In this document: positions 13,538 through 23,667 of the stretch, in pieces
Numbering within the stretch: the first letter of the stretch is position 1
Layout of the letters: each line of letters opens with the position of its first letter
Notes under the pieces: model-generated
The model's database searches: none
Told to the model about the DNA's origin: nothing
Seen by the model: only the letters and a program-made list of their open reading frames with translations
Source: a virus
Length of the DNA: 38,996 nt
IMG/VR virus record: IMGVR_UViG_3300014202_000581
Strand: one strand, 5' to 3'
Program-made: the position numbers and the translations under genes

Positions 13538-14869
13538 ATGGCTGTTTACCCTACTAATATTTTGCAACAGGTACAAACGTACCAACGTTCTGGTCTTGCA
13601 CTATTACAGAACTTATGTTGCCATATTTCTACATTCAATACAAAATTTAAAGACTTCGACAAAATACAAGCCAACTTAGGCTCTGTAGTAACGTTCGATT
13701 TACCACCTCGCTTTACCACAACTTCTGGTTTAGTCGCTAGTTGGCAGTCAGCTGCTCAACGCGTCCAAACTTTGGCGTGTGACCAAGCGAACAACACCTC
13801 ATTTGCTGTGACTTCACAACAACGTATCTTTAACCTTGAGAAAGGCGAAGAAGATTATATGCGTGTGTTTGGTAAGTCTGCGATTGCTGAACTTGCGGCA
13901 TTAGTTGAAGGCAATATTGCTCTTAACTGGGCGTCTGGTGTTGTGAATAATGACCCATCAAGCCCCAATTACAACACAACCAACAGCTTTTCCGGCCCAT
14001 ATCGTTTCTACGGTAATGGCTCTACTCCATTGAGTTCTTATCAACAATTAGCGCAAGCGATTATGTACTTTAAGAACTACGGTGCAGTAGCTGAAGGAAT
14101 CAAAGTCTACTTGCCTGACACGGTTGTTCCTAGTGTTGTTGGTAACGGATTAAACCAATTCGTTCCTCATCGTAACGATGAAATCGCAATGAGCTGGGAA
14201 ATCGGGGACTTCGGTACTCCATTAGTGGATTACTACCAGTCAAACTTAATGCCTTTACACGTATCAGGTAACACTGGTGTAAATCAGCAAACGTTGACTC
14301 TTGTTTCTACTAACGATCCCACAGGTCAAAACGTAACTCAGTTAACCTTCTCCGGTGCGACTGCAAGTGATGCGAGTGCCGTATTTGCTGGCGACTTGTT
14401 TGCATTCCAAGACGGCGTAACGGGTCAACCAAACATGCGTTACTTAACCTTCATTGGCCATTACCCAAGTGCTAACCCAGTTCAGGTTAGAGCGACTGGC
14501 AATGCGGTTGCTAATGCTGCGGGCAACGTGACAATCAACATTTTCCCTGCGTTGAACTGGGCTGGTGGACAAAATCAAAACTTAAATAACGCGTTAGTGC
14601 CAGGCATGCAAGTTCTAGGTCTGCCTTCACACAGAGCGGGTGGTATTTTAGGTGGCGATGCGGCTTATTTAGCTATGCCTCAATTGCCCGAACAAAGTCC
14701 GTATGACACTGCGAATGAGTACGATGATGTAACAGGTGCTTCATTACGCTTAACTTACGGTTCTGTTTTCGGTCAAAACCAGACTGGTATGATTTACGAC
14801 GAGACCCACGGCTCTGTAATTGTGCCTGAGTACTCCATGCGTTTCATCATTCCTTTGTCACAAGGTTAA
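13538..14869 (+). CDS. major capsid protein
   Basis: 443 aa with SD TAGGAGC. It follows the scaffold and is flanked by hairpins. The assignment is by position and size. Confidence 0.75.
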   Translation: MAVYPTNILQQVQTYQRSGLALLQNLCCHISTFNTKFKDFDKIQANLGSVVTFDLPPRFTTTSGLVASWQSAAQRVQTLACDQANNTSFAVTSQQRIFNLEKGEEDYMRVFGKSAIAELAALVEGNIALNWASGVVNNDPSSPNYNTTNSFSGPYRFYGNGSTPLSSYQQLAQAIMYFKNYGAVAEGIKVYLPDTVVPSVVGNGLNQFVPHRNDEIAMSWEIGDFGTPLVDYYQSNLMPLHVSGNTGVNQQTLTLVSTNDPTGQNVTQLTFSGATASDASAVFAGDLFAFQDGVTGQPNMRYLTFIGHYPSANPVQVRATGNAVANAAGNVTINIFPALNWAGGQNQNLNNALVPGMQVLGLPSHRAGGILGGDAAYLAMPQLPEQSPYDTANEYDDVTGASLRLTYGSVFGQNQTGMIYDETHGSVIVPEYSMRFIIPLSQG

Positions 14870-14874
14870 TTTGG

Positions 14875-14900
14875 TGGTGCCGCCATTCGTGACGGTACCA
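14875..14900 (+). promoter_or_regulatory. Hairpin after the capsid gene (possible partial terminator)
   Basis: TGGTGCCG 14875-14882 pairs with CGGTACCA 14893-14900, including one G-U pair. A T-rich tract follows. Confidence 0.45.
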
Positions 14901-14926
14901 GTTCAACTTTATTGAGGAATAAAAAA

Positions 14927-15784
14927 ATGGCTACTCCACAAGTTCAAAATGATCCAGTGTATTCATTACCCTTTTTATACATCCAGGGTATGAATATTTC
15001 TTATGCTTCTACGACCATCGTTGCAATTGCTCCAGGTCAATGTCGTGATGGCAGTGACAATATCGATATGGCGATTGGTTATCCTAATCTTCAAGGCGCT
15101 GTATTGCCCGCAATTCAGTTCCAAAACTACATGCCAGGGCTATTGGTTAACTCCGCTGTTGTTGGTGCTAATGGTCTTGACCAAGGCACAATCGCGGCGA
15201 GCACTCAATACTCTGTTCACGTAATTGGTGATTCACGTGGTTATAACCCTGTAGCAGGTATCCTATCTTTAACCAGCAACTCTGCTCCTAAGCTTCCTTT
15301 AGGTTATGACTCAAGCCGGTTAATAGGATTTGTTGCAACTGGTGGTTCTTCTACATTCGTGTATTCGACTTCCAAGCCACAAAACTACGTTAATGCTTTG
15401 GCCTACATCAATCAACCTCCAATTTCAGTATTGGCTGGCGGAAACGCTACCACCTTTACTGCAATTGACTTAACAACTGGTGGTGCTGTTCCTACAACTA
15501 CTCTACAAAACGTAGTAGTACGCTTGTTAGTAACGTTCATACCAGCTGCGGCTAATGATGTGGTTCAGTTCAGACCTACAGGAAGTTCTGCCACTGCCAA
15601 CTTGAGAACCATTACAGGTGTGACAGCAGGGATTGCACAATCGCAATACCTCACTGTTATTGCAGGGGTTGGAGCATCTAAACCTGAAATTGATTACTTA
15701 GTCACTTCTGCATCTGACTCAGTATCAGTGTCTGTAGTGAGTTGGACAGGTGTTTCTAACACTGCGTACCCAGCACTCGTGTAA
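14927..15784 (+). CDS. virion structural protein, Ala/Thr/Ser/Val-rich beta-type (function unknown)
   Basis: ATG at 14927 after GAGGAATAAAAAA; 285 aa. Followed by a GC hairpin at about 15793-15812. Confidence 0.7.
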   Translation: MATPQVQNDPVYSLPFLYIQGMNISYASTTIVAIAPGQCRDGSDNIDMAIGYPNLQGAVLPAIQFQNYMPGLLVNSAVVGANGLDQGTIAASTQYSVHVIGDSRGYNPVAGILSLTSNSAPKLPLGYDSSRLIGFVATGGSSTFVYSTSKPQNYVNALAYINQPPISVLAGGNATTFTAIDLTTGGAVPTTTLQNVVVRLLVTFIPAAANDVVQFRPTGSSATANLRTITGVTAGIAQSQYLTVIAGVGASKPEIDYLVTSASDSVSVSVVSWTGVSNTAYPALV

Positions 15785-15838
15785 TCGCTCTGTGGCGCCT
15801 CATTTTGGGGCGCTATTCTAATTAAATGAGGGGTTATT

Positions 15839-16642
15839 ATGGCTACTACAGTTTTTACAGCACAACAACTGGTAACCCGTTCATGGTTTTTATCTGGAAT
15901 AGTTGCTAGAAATTTACAGGTTCCTACAGGCGATCAGATTTATGACGGCCTAGGCATGCTGAATGATTTACTTAATTTTAAACAGATTGAGACTGATTTA
16001 ATCCCCTATTGGCAATACATCACGTTTCCAGCCGTTCCAGCGCAAGAATATTATTACTTGCCAAACGTAGCTGCTATTGAAACGTCTACGTTTAATCTTG
16101 GTGTTGTACGCTATCCAATGCAATCAACGACCAGAACGAATTATTATGGATCAGCCCGCGTTGATAACATCTCCACATTGCCGTTTTCATGGAACTTTGA
16201 AAGGAATGTAGGTGGTGGTACTTTTGCATTGTACTTTAAGCCAGAACAGGCTTATCCAATAAAAATGCAAGTTAAAATATTTATGGTCGACGTTGGTTTA
16301 AATACTAACATGCTGGATGTTACAGAAACGTTCCTAGACCCATTAGACCCAGCAACTCAGCCCTACTATACACCCTACACATTCGTTAATAACGGCGTTC
16401 AAGGCTATGACACCTCCTATATGGAGTATTTACGTTATGCGTTGGCGCGGTACATGTGCTCAGAATATGGCATTATTTTTAATCCTGAATCTGAAAAAAT
16501 ATATCAGTCTATGGTGCGCAAATTAATGTATATGGAGCCACCAGATTTGAGTAGTAAGAAATTCTCAATCTTAAATTCTGACCGCGAACCTGGTTATAAC
16601 TGGGGCGATGTGAATATTGGTCAAGGATGGAGACCGTCTTAA
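15839..16642 (+). CDS. virion protein, possible head-to-tail adaptor or tail tubular protein A analogue
   Basis: 267 aa with SD GAGGGG. It lies between the capsid genes and the gp10-like gene, so the function is positional only. Confidence 0.6.
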   Translation: MATTVFTAQQLVTRSWFLSGIVARNLQVPTGDQIYDGLGMLNDLLNFKQIETDLIPYWQYITFPAVPAQEYYYLPNVAAIETSTFNLGVVRYPMQSTTRTNYYGSARVDNISTLPFSWNFERNVGGGTFALYFKPEQAYPIKMQVKIFMVDVGLNTNMLDVTETFLDPLDPATQPYYTPYTFVNNGVQGYDTSYMEYLRYALARYMCSEYGIIFNPESEKIYQSMVRKLMYMEPPDLSSKKFSILNSDREPGYNWGDVNIGQGWRPS

Positions 16643-16643
16643 G

Positions 16644-16826
16644 ATGAGTAATCCAGACATTATCGACCATGAAATACGCATAAGACAGATTGAAACGATT
16701 CTGGCTGACAATGAAAAAAGGGCAAAAGCCAATCAAGAAATGCTAAAAGGCCATTTTAATTGGATTATTGGCACCGTTATCACGTCTATTTCTGGATTGA
16801 TACTTCATGCCATCAAGCTAATTTAA
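16644..16826 (+). CDS. small coiled-coil protein with a C-terminal TM anchor
   Basis: 60 aa. The start follows the previous stop by 1 nt. The hydrophobic tail is WIIGTVITSISGLILHAIKLI. Confidence 0.55.
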   Translation: MSNPDIIDHEIRIRQIETILADNEKRAKANQEMLKGHFNWIIGTVITSISGLILHAIKLI

Positions 16827-16835
16827 GGACGGCCA

Positions 16836-18791
16836 ATGATTACAAGAGGCGATAACTTTGAGCAGTTCCCACTAAATATAGTCGGTTCAAGTATCTTTGG
16901 TCGATACCCCAAGATAAGCACCGAAAAAACATACAATATGTTTATTTCTGATAACTTCATGGTGCCATATGCCGGATATCAGATTGCGATTAAATCGGAT
17001 TTACTGGGCAATGGGCAAGAAGGCCGAGCCACATTCACAAGCACCAAATTTGGCAAACTGGTTGTTGTTGTCGGCAATAATGTGTATTTAACGTCCATTA
17101 ATTATTCACAACAACTTCAAAAGGTCACCTTTTCGCAAGTAACGTTTATAGGCCAGCTGCAAACCAGCACTGGTGTGGTTTACATTGCTGAGAACAATAA
17201 GCCTCAGCTTGGGTTCTCAGATGGAACTGCCTTTTATATTTACGACCCCAGTTTAGCGCCTGGTGCGACCTTTGTTACGGTACCGTTGAACTTCACGCCT
17301 GGTTACTTAACATTCCATGACACATACTTTATTTTAGCGGCCAGCAACGACCAAACGTATTCGCCACCTGCTAACAATACATGGCGCTTATCATTAAGCA
17401 ATGAAGGCTATTTGTCATCGACTACGTTTACAGGGGCTGCCAATGTTTTAACGCCAGCATCAGCGCTTGGAATTTCTGCAGGAAGTCAAATCTATTTTCT
17501 TGGGACAACCATTTTAACGCCTGGAACGACTTATTATGCCGGTAACTTTTCAGGCAATACATTCCAGGTTTATGCCACATTTGCTAACGCGATGAGCGGC
17601 ACAAGCCCATTAACTACCGATACCACAGGAACCGTGGGGATTAACGCATGGCCATCAACTGCTGGTTATGTGGGTCTTTTGCAATCCAAACCGGATAACG
17701 TGAAAGCGGTAGTGCGTTTCCCTTCAAAAGGTAATATGATTTTTGTGATGGGTAGCATTGTCACGGAGGCATGGTTTGATACCGGTGCTCAGTTATTTCC
17801 TTATCAGCGTAATAACCAATTTAACATTGACTATGGATGTCTACAGCCCGCAACAGTGGCATATATGGACGAAATCGTGGTATGGCTTGCTCAAAACGAG
17901 AAAAGTGGCCCGATTATCATGTATTCAAATGGGGGAATGCCTGAAAAGATTACGACGGACGGTATTGATTATTTGTTCTCGACTCTGCAAAACCCACAAG
18001 ATTCTCAGGCGTTCTTGTATCGCCAAGACGGTCATTTGTTTTATCACATTAACTTTTATAGTGATAACCTGTCCCTTTTTTACGATTTCTCATCGAAAAA
18101 GTTTTTCCATGCCTCCGACCAAAACTTAAACTATTTTATTGCTTCTGAAGTGTCATACATAAATAATCAGTATTACTTTGTTTCAAGAAACAATGGTAAT
18201 CTTTTTGCTTTTGATACGGTTTATACGACTTATCAGGATGTAGACATTAATGGAGTAGTGGAAAACCACGAGATACCACGTATTAGAATATGTGGGAACG
18301 TGCGCTCACCTGACCAAGCATACCGAGTTATCAATGATGTAGGTTTCACGATTGAGTCTGGACAGACCGATTACCAGCAACAATCGCTCGGTGAAATCAT
18401 TCTTATTACTCAAGATGGTCGACCTATTATCACACAAGGTGGCTTCTTAGGTATTATCTATCAAGACGGCATCGATATGATTACCCAGGATGGTTTATTT
18501 GTTGTGACGCAGCAATCTGATGAAGCAGAAGGTTCTATATTAATTGCTCAGCAAGAAGGAAATACCGGCACATCGTCCTTATCCCTTCCTCATGTTGATT
18601 TATCTATATCCACTGATGGTGGAGCAAGTTTTGGTAATGAATGGGCATATACGTTGCCGGCTATTGGTCAGACTAAAAACAGACTGATGTGGTGGCAATG
18701 CGGTATTGCCAATGATTGGGTTCCTCAGTTTAAATTCTGGGGAATGGGTCGATTTGTGGTGACGGATGGTGTTGTAAACACAAGGAAGTAA
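16836..18791 (+). CDS. tail hub / DNA-stabilisation protein (P22 gp10-like, T7 gp12-like)
   Basis: 651 aa. The C-terminal pattern LSISTDGGASFGNEW...KNRLMWWQCGIA...FKFWGMGRFVVTDGVV resembles the P22 gp10 C-terminus as I remember it. Confidence 0.6.
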   Translation: MITRGDNFEQFPLNIVGSSIFGRYPKISTEKTYNMFISDNFMVPYAGYQIAIKSDLLGNGQEGRATFTSTKFGKLVVVVGNNVYLTSINYSQQLQKVTFSQVTFIGQLQTSTGVVYIAENNKPQLGFSDGTAFYIYDPSLAPGATFVTVPLNFTPGYLTFHDTYFILAASNDQTYSPPANNTWRLSLSNEGYLSSTTFTGAANVLTPASALGISAGSQIYFLGTTILTPGTTYYAGNFSGNTFQVYATFANAMSGTSPLTTDTTGTVGINAWPSTAGYVGLLQSKPDNVKAVVRFPSKGNMIFVMGSIVTEAWFDTGAQLFPYQRNNQFNIDYGCLQPATVAYMDEIVVWLAQNEKSGPIIMYSNGGMPEKITTDGIDYLFSTLQNPQDSQAFLYRQDGHLFYHINFYSDNLSLFYDFSSKKFFHASDQNLNYFIASEVSYINNQYYFVSRNNGNLFAFDTVYTTYQDVDINGVVENHEIPRIRICGNVRSPDQAYRVINDVGFTIESGQTDYQQQSLGEIILITQDGRPIITQGGFLGIIYQDGIDMITQDGLFVVTQQSDEAEGSILIAQQEGNTGTSSLSLPHVDLSISTDGGASFGNEWAYTLPAIGQTKNRLMWWQCGIANDWVPQFKFWGMGRFVVTDGVVNTRK

Positions 18792-18793
18792 TA

Positions 18794-19171
18794 ATGGCTG
18801 AACAACAAAATATGAATGCTATTTTCCCTGATTTACCAAGGGAAATACCAGCGGTCGACAAACAGGGGAACTTTAGCTCTTTATGGAGCCTCGGTTTTGC
18901 ATCATTGTTTCAAGCATTGCAGGAAAACTTCAAAAGTGAAGGCATTGTGTTGCCATCCCTTACCACCGCACAGGCCAATCAAATTGCAGCGTTGTATACC
19001 ACTTATTATACGCCGACTCCTCGTCCTTTACCTCCAGGGGTTCAGGATATTAGCGGCCAAATGATTTACAATACAACGACTGAGAAGCCACAGGTATTTA
19101 TTATCAATTATGACGGCAGTACACCGCCCAATGTGACGGCTGCGCGATGGTGGACTTACACTATAACGTAA
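18794..19171 (+). CDS. virion protein, hypothetical
   Basis: 125 aa with SD AAGGAAG, tightly packed after the hub gene. Confidence 0.65.
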   Translation: MAEQQNMNAIFPDLPREIPAVDKQGNFSSLWSLGFASLFQALQENFKSEGIVLPSLTTAQANQIAALYTTYYTPTPRPLPPGVQDISGQMIYNTTTEKPQVFIINYDGSTPPNVTAARWWTYTIT

Positions 19172-19220
19172 CTCATATCAGGTGTATTATAGAAACACAA
19201 CAATGATTTAAGGATGAATC

Positions 19221-19844
19221 ATGAGCTGGTTTAGCAACTTATTTAGCGGCAAGAATCCTGCCGACTCGGCAATGCCGTATCTTAATCAAATACCTGGCGC
19301 TACTCAAGGCTATCAATCTCCTTGGTTTAATGCTGGCAAAGATATGATTCCTGGTCTTTCCGATCAATATAAGCAATTGATGAATGACCCTTCAAAAAGA
19401 TTAAATGAAATTGGGTCTAGTTATAAGCAATCCCCTGGATTTCAGTTTGCAATGCAACAGGCTCTCCAAGGTGGTGACCATTCAGCAGCTGCTGGCGGCA
19501 TGGCCGGAAGTCCTCAACATGAACAACAAAATATGCAGCTTTCAAGCAATCTTGCTAGCCAAGATTATAATAACTATATGCAAAATGCGTTAGGATTATA
19601 CGGTCAAGGATTGAGTGGTGGACAAAATATGTCGAACCAAGGCCAGCAAGCAGGACAAAGTATGGCTGATATGATAGCTCAAACCTTAGCACAGCAAGGC
19701 AACTTGGCGTTTAATGGTCAGCAACAACAGAACCAGAACAAGAGTGATATGTGGGGCAATGCGTTCAAACTTGGCGGGGCTGCTTTGGGTGGTTTTGCAG
19801 GTGGACCATGGGGTGCGTTTGCTGGCTGGAATGCAATGAAGTAA
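19221..19844 (+). CDS. internal virion / ejection protein 1 (Gln/Gly/Asn/Met-rich)
   Basis: 207 aa with low-complexity QQQNQN and GGxxGG tracts. Its position before the tail fibres matches podovirus ejection proteins. Confidence 0.6.
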   Translation: MSWFSNLFSGKNPADSAMPYLNQIPGATQGYQSPWFNAGKDMIPGLSDQYKQLMNDPSKRLNEIGSSYKQSPGFQFAMQQALQGGDHSAAAGGMAGSPQHEQQNMQLSSNLASQDYNNYMQNALGLYGQGLSGGQNMSNQGQQAGQSMADMIAQTLAQQGNLAFNGQQQQNQNKSDMWGNAFKLGGAALGGFAGGPWGAFAGWNAMK

Positions 19845-19853
19845 GGACTAATC

Positions 19854-20993
19854 ATGACATTTTCATTTACAAATTATGCAGGAATCGCACCAAGACATTC
19901 ACCATTGAATGACATCGTTGGCAAGGTATTGGGCGGCTATTCAGATATGACTAAAGCGAAATATATGAAACCTCAAATTGAGGCTGATATTTTCCACAAG
20001 CAAATATCCCCTTTAGCTATGCTTGCGAGTAGTCCTTATTTCTCTTCACTTCATCCGCAACAACAACAACAAATTGCGGGCTACATTAGCCAAATGCTCA
20101 ACAAGCAAGGATTGGGTGGTGAAGGCGGTCAAGGTGGCCAAGGAATGGGCGGTATGAACCCAATGGGTCAACAAGGCATGGGTGGCATGGGACAGATGGG
20201 CGGCCAACAACAAATGGGCAGTGAACAACCAGGATATGGACAAGGTGGAAATGATTCACTTGTTCCTGGAAATCCTGGTGAACACTTCACAGGTAAGTTC
20301 ACAGAATCACCTTATTCTGGTGGTACTGCGCATCGTGGTAGCCAAGGCGAAACCATATACGCTCCTACAGGCGGTGGAGTTCAAAAAGGATTAGATGTCC
20401 TCACCGAGTCAAAAGGCCTTAAAAAGCTCTTTGATAAGTACGCTAAAATAGCTCCTAATATTGGTGGTGCTGGCGGATTTAAACGCGACCTATCCAATGT
20501 TGCCAGTGGGATTGAGAAGACAGGATTGCCCTTTACTCAACGTATTTCCGAGGCTCTAGGTGGTGCTAAATTATCCAATGAAGCGGCCAGCGCTCAAGCT
20601 ATGCAAGCTGAGATGGCACCGGCTTTGCGTTCTCTTGGGTTCTCAAATGCTGAAATTAACAGTATGTTGCAATTCTATCCTGGTGAAACCGCTAAAAACA
20701 TACAGGAACGCTTAAAACATACCTGGCCTGTAATTGAACGTAAAATACAGGCGCACCAAAGAAATCTCACAAGTGGAATTAATGCCAATCAAAATGTCAT
20801 TGGTGAGAATGAAAACCCACGCAGTATTGAACAGAAAATTGCGCGTGATGAGAAAGAACGCGCACAAAATGCTCAAGGACAATACAAAGAAGCCCCTCCT
20901 GGGTCAATTGGGCTTTATAAAAATGGAGAGCTTTATTTTATTCCCGCTGATAAATTAAATGACGCATTAGCGCAGGGGTTTGACTATGAGTGA
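19854..20993 (+). CDS. internal virion / ejection protein 2 (Gly/Gln/Met-rich linker)
   Basis: 379 aa, including GGEGGQGGQGMGGMNPMGQQGMGGMGQMGGQQQMG. Confidence 0.6.
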   Translation: MTFSFTNYAGIAPRHSPLNDIVGKVLGGYSDMTKAKYMKPQIEADIFHKQISPLAMLASSPYFSSLHPQQQQQIAGYISQMLNKQGLGGEGGQGGQGMGGMNPMGQQGMGGMGQMGGQQQMGSEQPGYGQGGNDSLVPGNPGEHFTGKFTESPYSGGTAHRGSQGETIYAPTGGGVQKGLDVLTESKGLKKLFDKYAKIAPNIGGAGGFKRDLSNVASGIEKTGLPFTQRISEALGGAKLSNEAASAQAMQAEMAPALRSLGFSNAEINSMLQFYPGETAKNIQERLKHTWPVIERKIQAHQRNLTSGINANQNVIGENENPRSIEQKIARDEKERAQNAQGQYKEAPPGSIGLYKNGELYFIPADKLNDALAQGFDYE

Positions 20994-22884
20994 TGATTGG
21001 AGTCAATACAAAGCTCAGCCAAAATCTGATGATTGGTCGCAATACCATAGCTCTAATTTTCAGCAGAAATCTGAAAGGGGAAATGATAGTTCGGAAGAAA
21101 AAAATCAAATAGAGATGCTAAAAAAGCAACATCCTATCCTCTACAAGATTGCAGAACATTTGCAAGGTTCCCCAACGCTCAAAAAAGCGGGTGATATTGC
21201 CGGTCATTTTAATAATGCGGTTGAAGGGACTGGCTTACCATCGCTTGCAAAAGGATTTTTTGGTACGGGGATTGATATGGGTCGCGGAATAGCAAACCTA
21301 ATCCCTGGTGTTAATATCCCAGAGCAACAGTACAAAGACCTCAATGTTAATCCCTATGTTGGGCAAGCCGCTGAAACTATTGGGTCACTTGGGATGGGAT
21401 TGCCGGCCTATAGAGGTTATCAAGCCGCTAAACAGGGCATTGAAGCCATTCCACATGCTGCAAAAATACCAGAATTATTGCGTAATATCCTGGCTGGTTC
21501 CGGTGTTGGTGCTGCTATTAGTCCAGACCATAGAGGATTAGGTGCCGCATTAGGCGCAGGTGCTGAAATGGTTCCGCACGCAGTATCTGGCGTTAAAAAT
21601 TATGTCAAAGGTAGAAATACCGCTGCTCATGAAAAAGAGTTATACAAAGCTATGATGGAGCATGAAATGCAAAAAGGCGACCTTGAGTCGTTAAAAAATC
21701 TATCTACGCATAAATTTGGTTCAAATAATCCTGAGGCTTTGGAATTAAAAGCAAACGATAATGCTATTGAGGGACTTTTAAAACATAATCTTGGTGAAGG
21801 CGGCACACATTCTCAAGACCTATCTAAGCACATTGTGGATGCCATAGAAGGCCGTCAGGTCGTCGAACCACATCCAAAGACTGGATTGCCTAGAGAAGTG
21901 CGTAAAGGCGGCCTACGTGAAGAAATAGGCTCTAAATATGATGAGCTAGAGAATAGCTTGCCGAACATAAAAATTCCTGGCTCTCCTGATATGCAAGCAG
22001 TTGAGAAAGAGCTTAAGAAATTTACAAGCGATAAGGCGAACTTGTCTGAAGACCAAAAAGAATCGTTCAGAAAGGCGCTTGCGGCAACTCATCCATCCGC
22101 TAAAACAAAAGAGATTAATGGTAAAGAATTTTTCCGTGCGTATCGTTCTCTCAAACGCATGGAAGGCTCGCAGCGTTCAAAAGCTTTTGGGTTATCACCT
22201 AAAGAGCATGATGAATGGATTGAACGTGCCAATCAAACTAAAAATACCTATGAAGGTATGGAAAAGATTATCGAAAAGCATTTTCCAGAGGATACAATTA
22301 AACGCCTTCATGAAATTAATCATGAGTACGCCAATAAAGTAGCGCCTCTTCATGAAAACCCAATGTATCAACAAATGCTGAACCATGGTCGGTACAAAGG
22401 AAATATAGCTGAAGCGCTTTCTGGGACTACTCCAGGGAATAAGATCCTGAATAATATGATTCAGAACAACCCAGAATTATCCCGCTTAGTTTTAGGCCAT
22501 TCTTTTGCAGAAAATCCCAGTAAATTAATGAAGCCAAATAAAATCATAGAACCTTTTATAAAAGCAAATCCACATATTTATAAATTATTGGAATATAAAC
22601 AACAAAATCATTCAGCATTAGAAAATATGCAACATATGGAAGAAATCAACAAGCAAGTAGCAATGATCCCGAAACTTAACAAAGACATTAATGAGCAAAG
22701 AACATTTGCTAAGCGCTTGAAGCAAGAATCAGAAGTTGCTGGATTAACGAAAGCAGAAGTCGCCAAAAAGAAAATTGAATATGAAAAAGCCAGCAAAAAG
22801 CTTAGAGCTTTAAAAAATAAACTTATTGGAGCCTCAATATTAGGCACAACCATAGGTTATGCAGCTAAGAAAATTAGAGAGTAG
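20986..22884 (+). CDS. internal virion / ejection protein 3 (large, C-terminal TM-like segment)
   Basis: 632 aa from the ATG at 20986, which overlaps the upstream stop. The N-terminus has a duplicated SDDWSQY motif and the C-terminus reads LIGASILGTTIGYAA. Confidence 0.6.
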   Translation: MSDDWSQYKAQPKSDDWSQYHSSNFQQKSERGNDSSEEKNQIEMLKKQHPILYKIAEHLQGSPTLKKAGDIAGHFNNAVEGTGLPSLAKGFFGTGIDMGRGIANLIPGVNIPEQQYKDLNVNPYVGQAAETIGSLGMGLPAYRGYQAAKQGIEAIPHAAKIPELLRNILAGSGVGAAISPDHRGLGAALGAGAEMVPHAVSGVKNYVKGRNTAAHEKELYKAMMEHEMQKGDLESLKNLSTHKFGSNNPEALELKANDNAIEGLLKHNLGEGGTHSQDLSKHIVDAIEGRQVVEPHPKTGLPREVRKGGLREEIGSKYDELENSLPNIKIPGSPDMQAVEKELKKFTSDKANLSEDQKESFRKALAATHPSAKTKEINGKEFFRAYRSLKRMEGSQRSKAFGLSPKEHDEWIERANQTKNTYEGMEKIIEKHFPEDTIKRLHEINHEYANKVAPLHENPMYQQMLNHGRYKGNIAEALSGTTPGNKILNNMIQNNPELSRLVLGHSFAENPSKLMKPNKIIEPFIKANPHIYKLLEYKQQNHSALENMQHMEEINKQVAMIPKLNKDINEQRTFAKRLKQESEVAGLTKAEVAKKKIEYEKASKKLRALKNKLIGASILGTTIGYAAKKIRE

Positions 22885-23003
22885 TGTTTTTTATTTAATC
22901 ATCTTAGTGTATGATGACAAATTTTGAACACTTAGGGTGTAGACATGGGTTTATATTTTGCATTTTTTATGATGGGCATCGGGATTACGATATTTTTTTC
23001 AGA

Positions 23004-23561
23004 TTAAATTGAATTTTTTAGGTAGGAAATTGCTTTTTTTAATATTTTTATATCATCTTTAAGCATTCCTATAGCTTGATTACATGACATACACAATAGA
23101 CCTCTTATTTTTCCAGTATTGTGACAATGGTCTACAGACAAACGTTTATTGGTGGGTGGCGAACTACAAATGGCGCAACAATTATTTTGGGAAATAAGCA
23201 TAGATTCATATTGTTCTACAGTCATTCCAAAACGGTTTTTAAGATGCGAGCGGTTTTTATGATAGTCCTTAGTTGAATTTTTTTTTCTACAGAATTTGCA
23301 GTAAGGGGATGATAATTTCCAGTCATAATTTGTAAAATCTATTTTTTGTTTGACTTGAAAGCAGCGGCTACATTTTCTTTCTGTATAATGGTCATAGTTT
23401 TTAAGGTAACGATATTTTGATGAACGCGCATTATTGCATTGCTTACAAATAGATTCGTTTCGCGGTGGTTTTCTAATATAGACTTGTTCTATAGTTAAAT
23501 CACCATGGACAGGACAATTTTTTATAATATCGGTCATACACTCATCCGGTATAGTCATCAT
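23004..23561 (-). CDS. endonuclease VII-type HNH nuclease with extra CxxC modules (homing-endonuclease-like)
   Basis: The C-terminal motif CCAICSS...LSVDHCHNTGKIRGLLCMSCNQAIGMLKDD matches the Endonuclease_7 signature. The start is uncertain (23561, 23558 or 23537). The 23738 start would overlap the fibre gene. Confidence 0.75.
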   Translation of the reverse strand: MMTIPDECMTDIIKNCPVHGDLTIEQVYIRKPPRNESICKQCNNARSSKYRYLKNYDHYTERKCSRCFQVKQKIDFTNYDWKLSSPYCKFCRKKNSTKDYHKNRSHLKNRFGMTVEQYESMLISQNNCCAICSSPPTNKRLSVDHCHNTGKIRGLLCMSCNQAIGMLKDDIKILKKAISYLKNSI

Positions 23562-23667
23562 TAAGGCAAAACCAGGCAGTTGATGAAACTGCTTTTCGCT
23601 CCGTCGAGCTAGGCTTTGGGGCGGTATTATATCATAATAAAGTATAATTTTATCAAGGATTGATAAT

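Noticed and set aside
22945-23007. 20-aa hydrophobic ORF (MGLYFAFFMMGIGITIFFSD) after the last ejection gene
   Set aside because: It is too short to support from sequence alone, the SD is weak, and it overlaps the end of the HNH gene.
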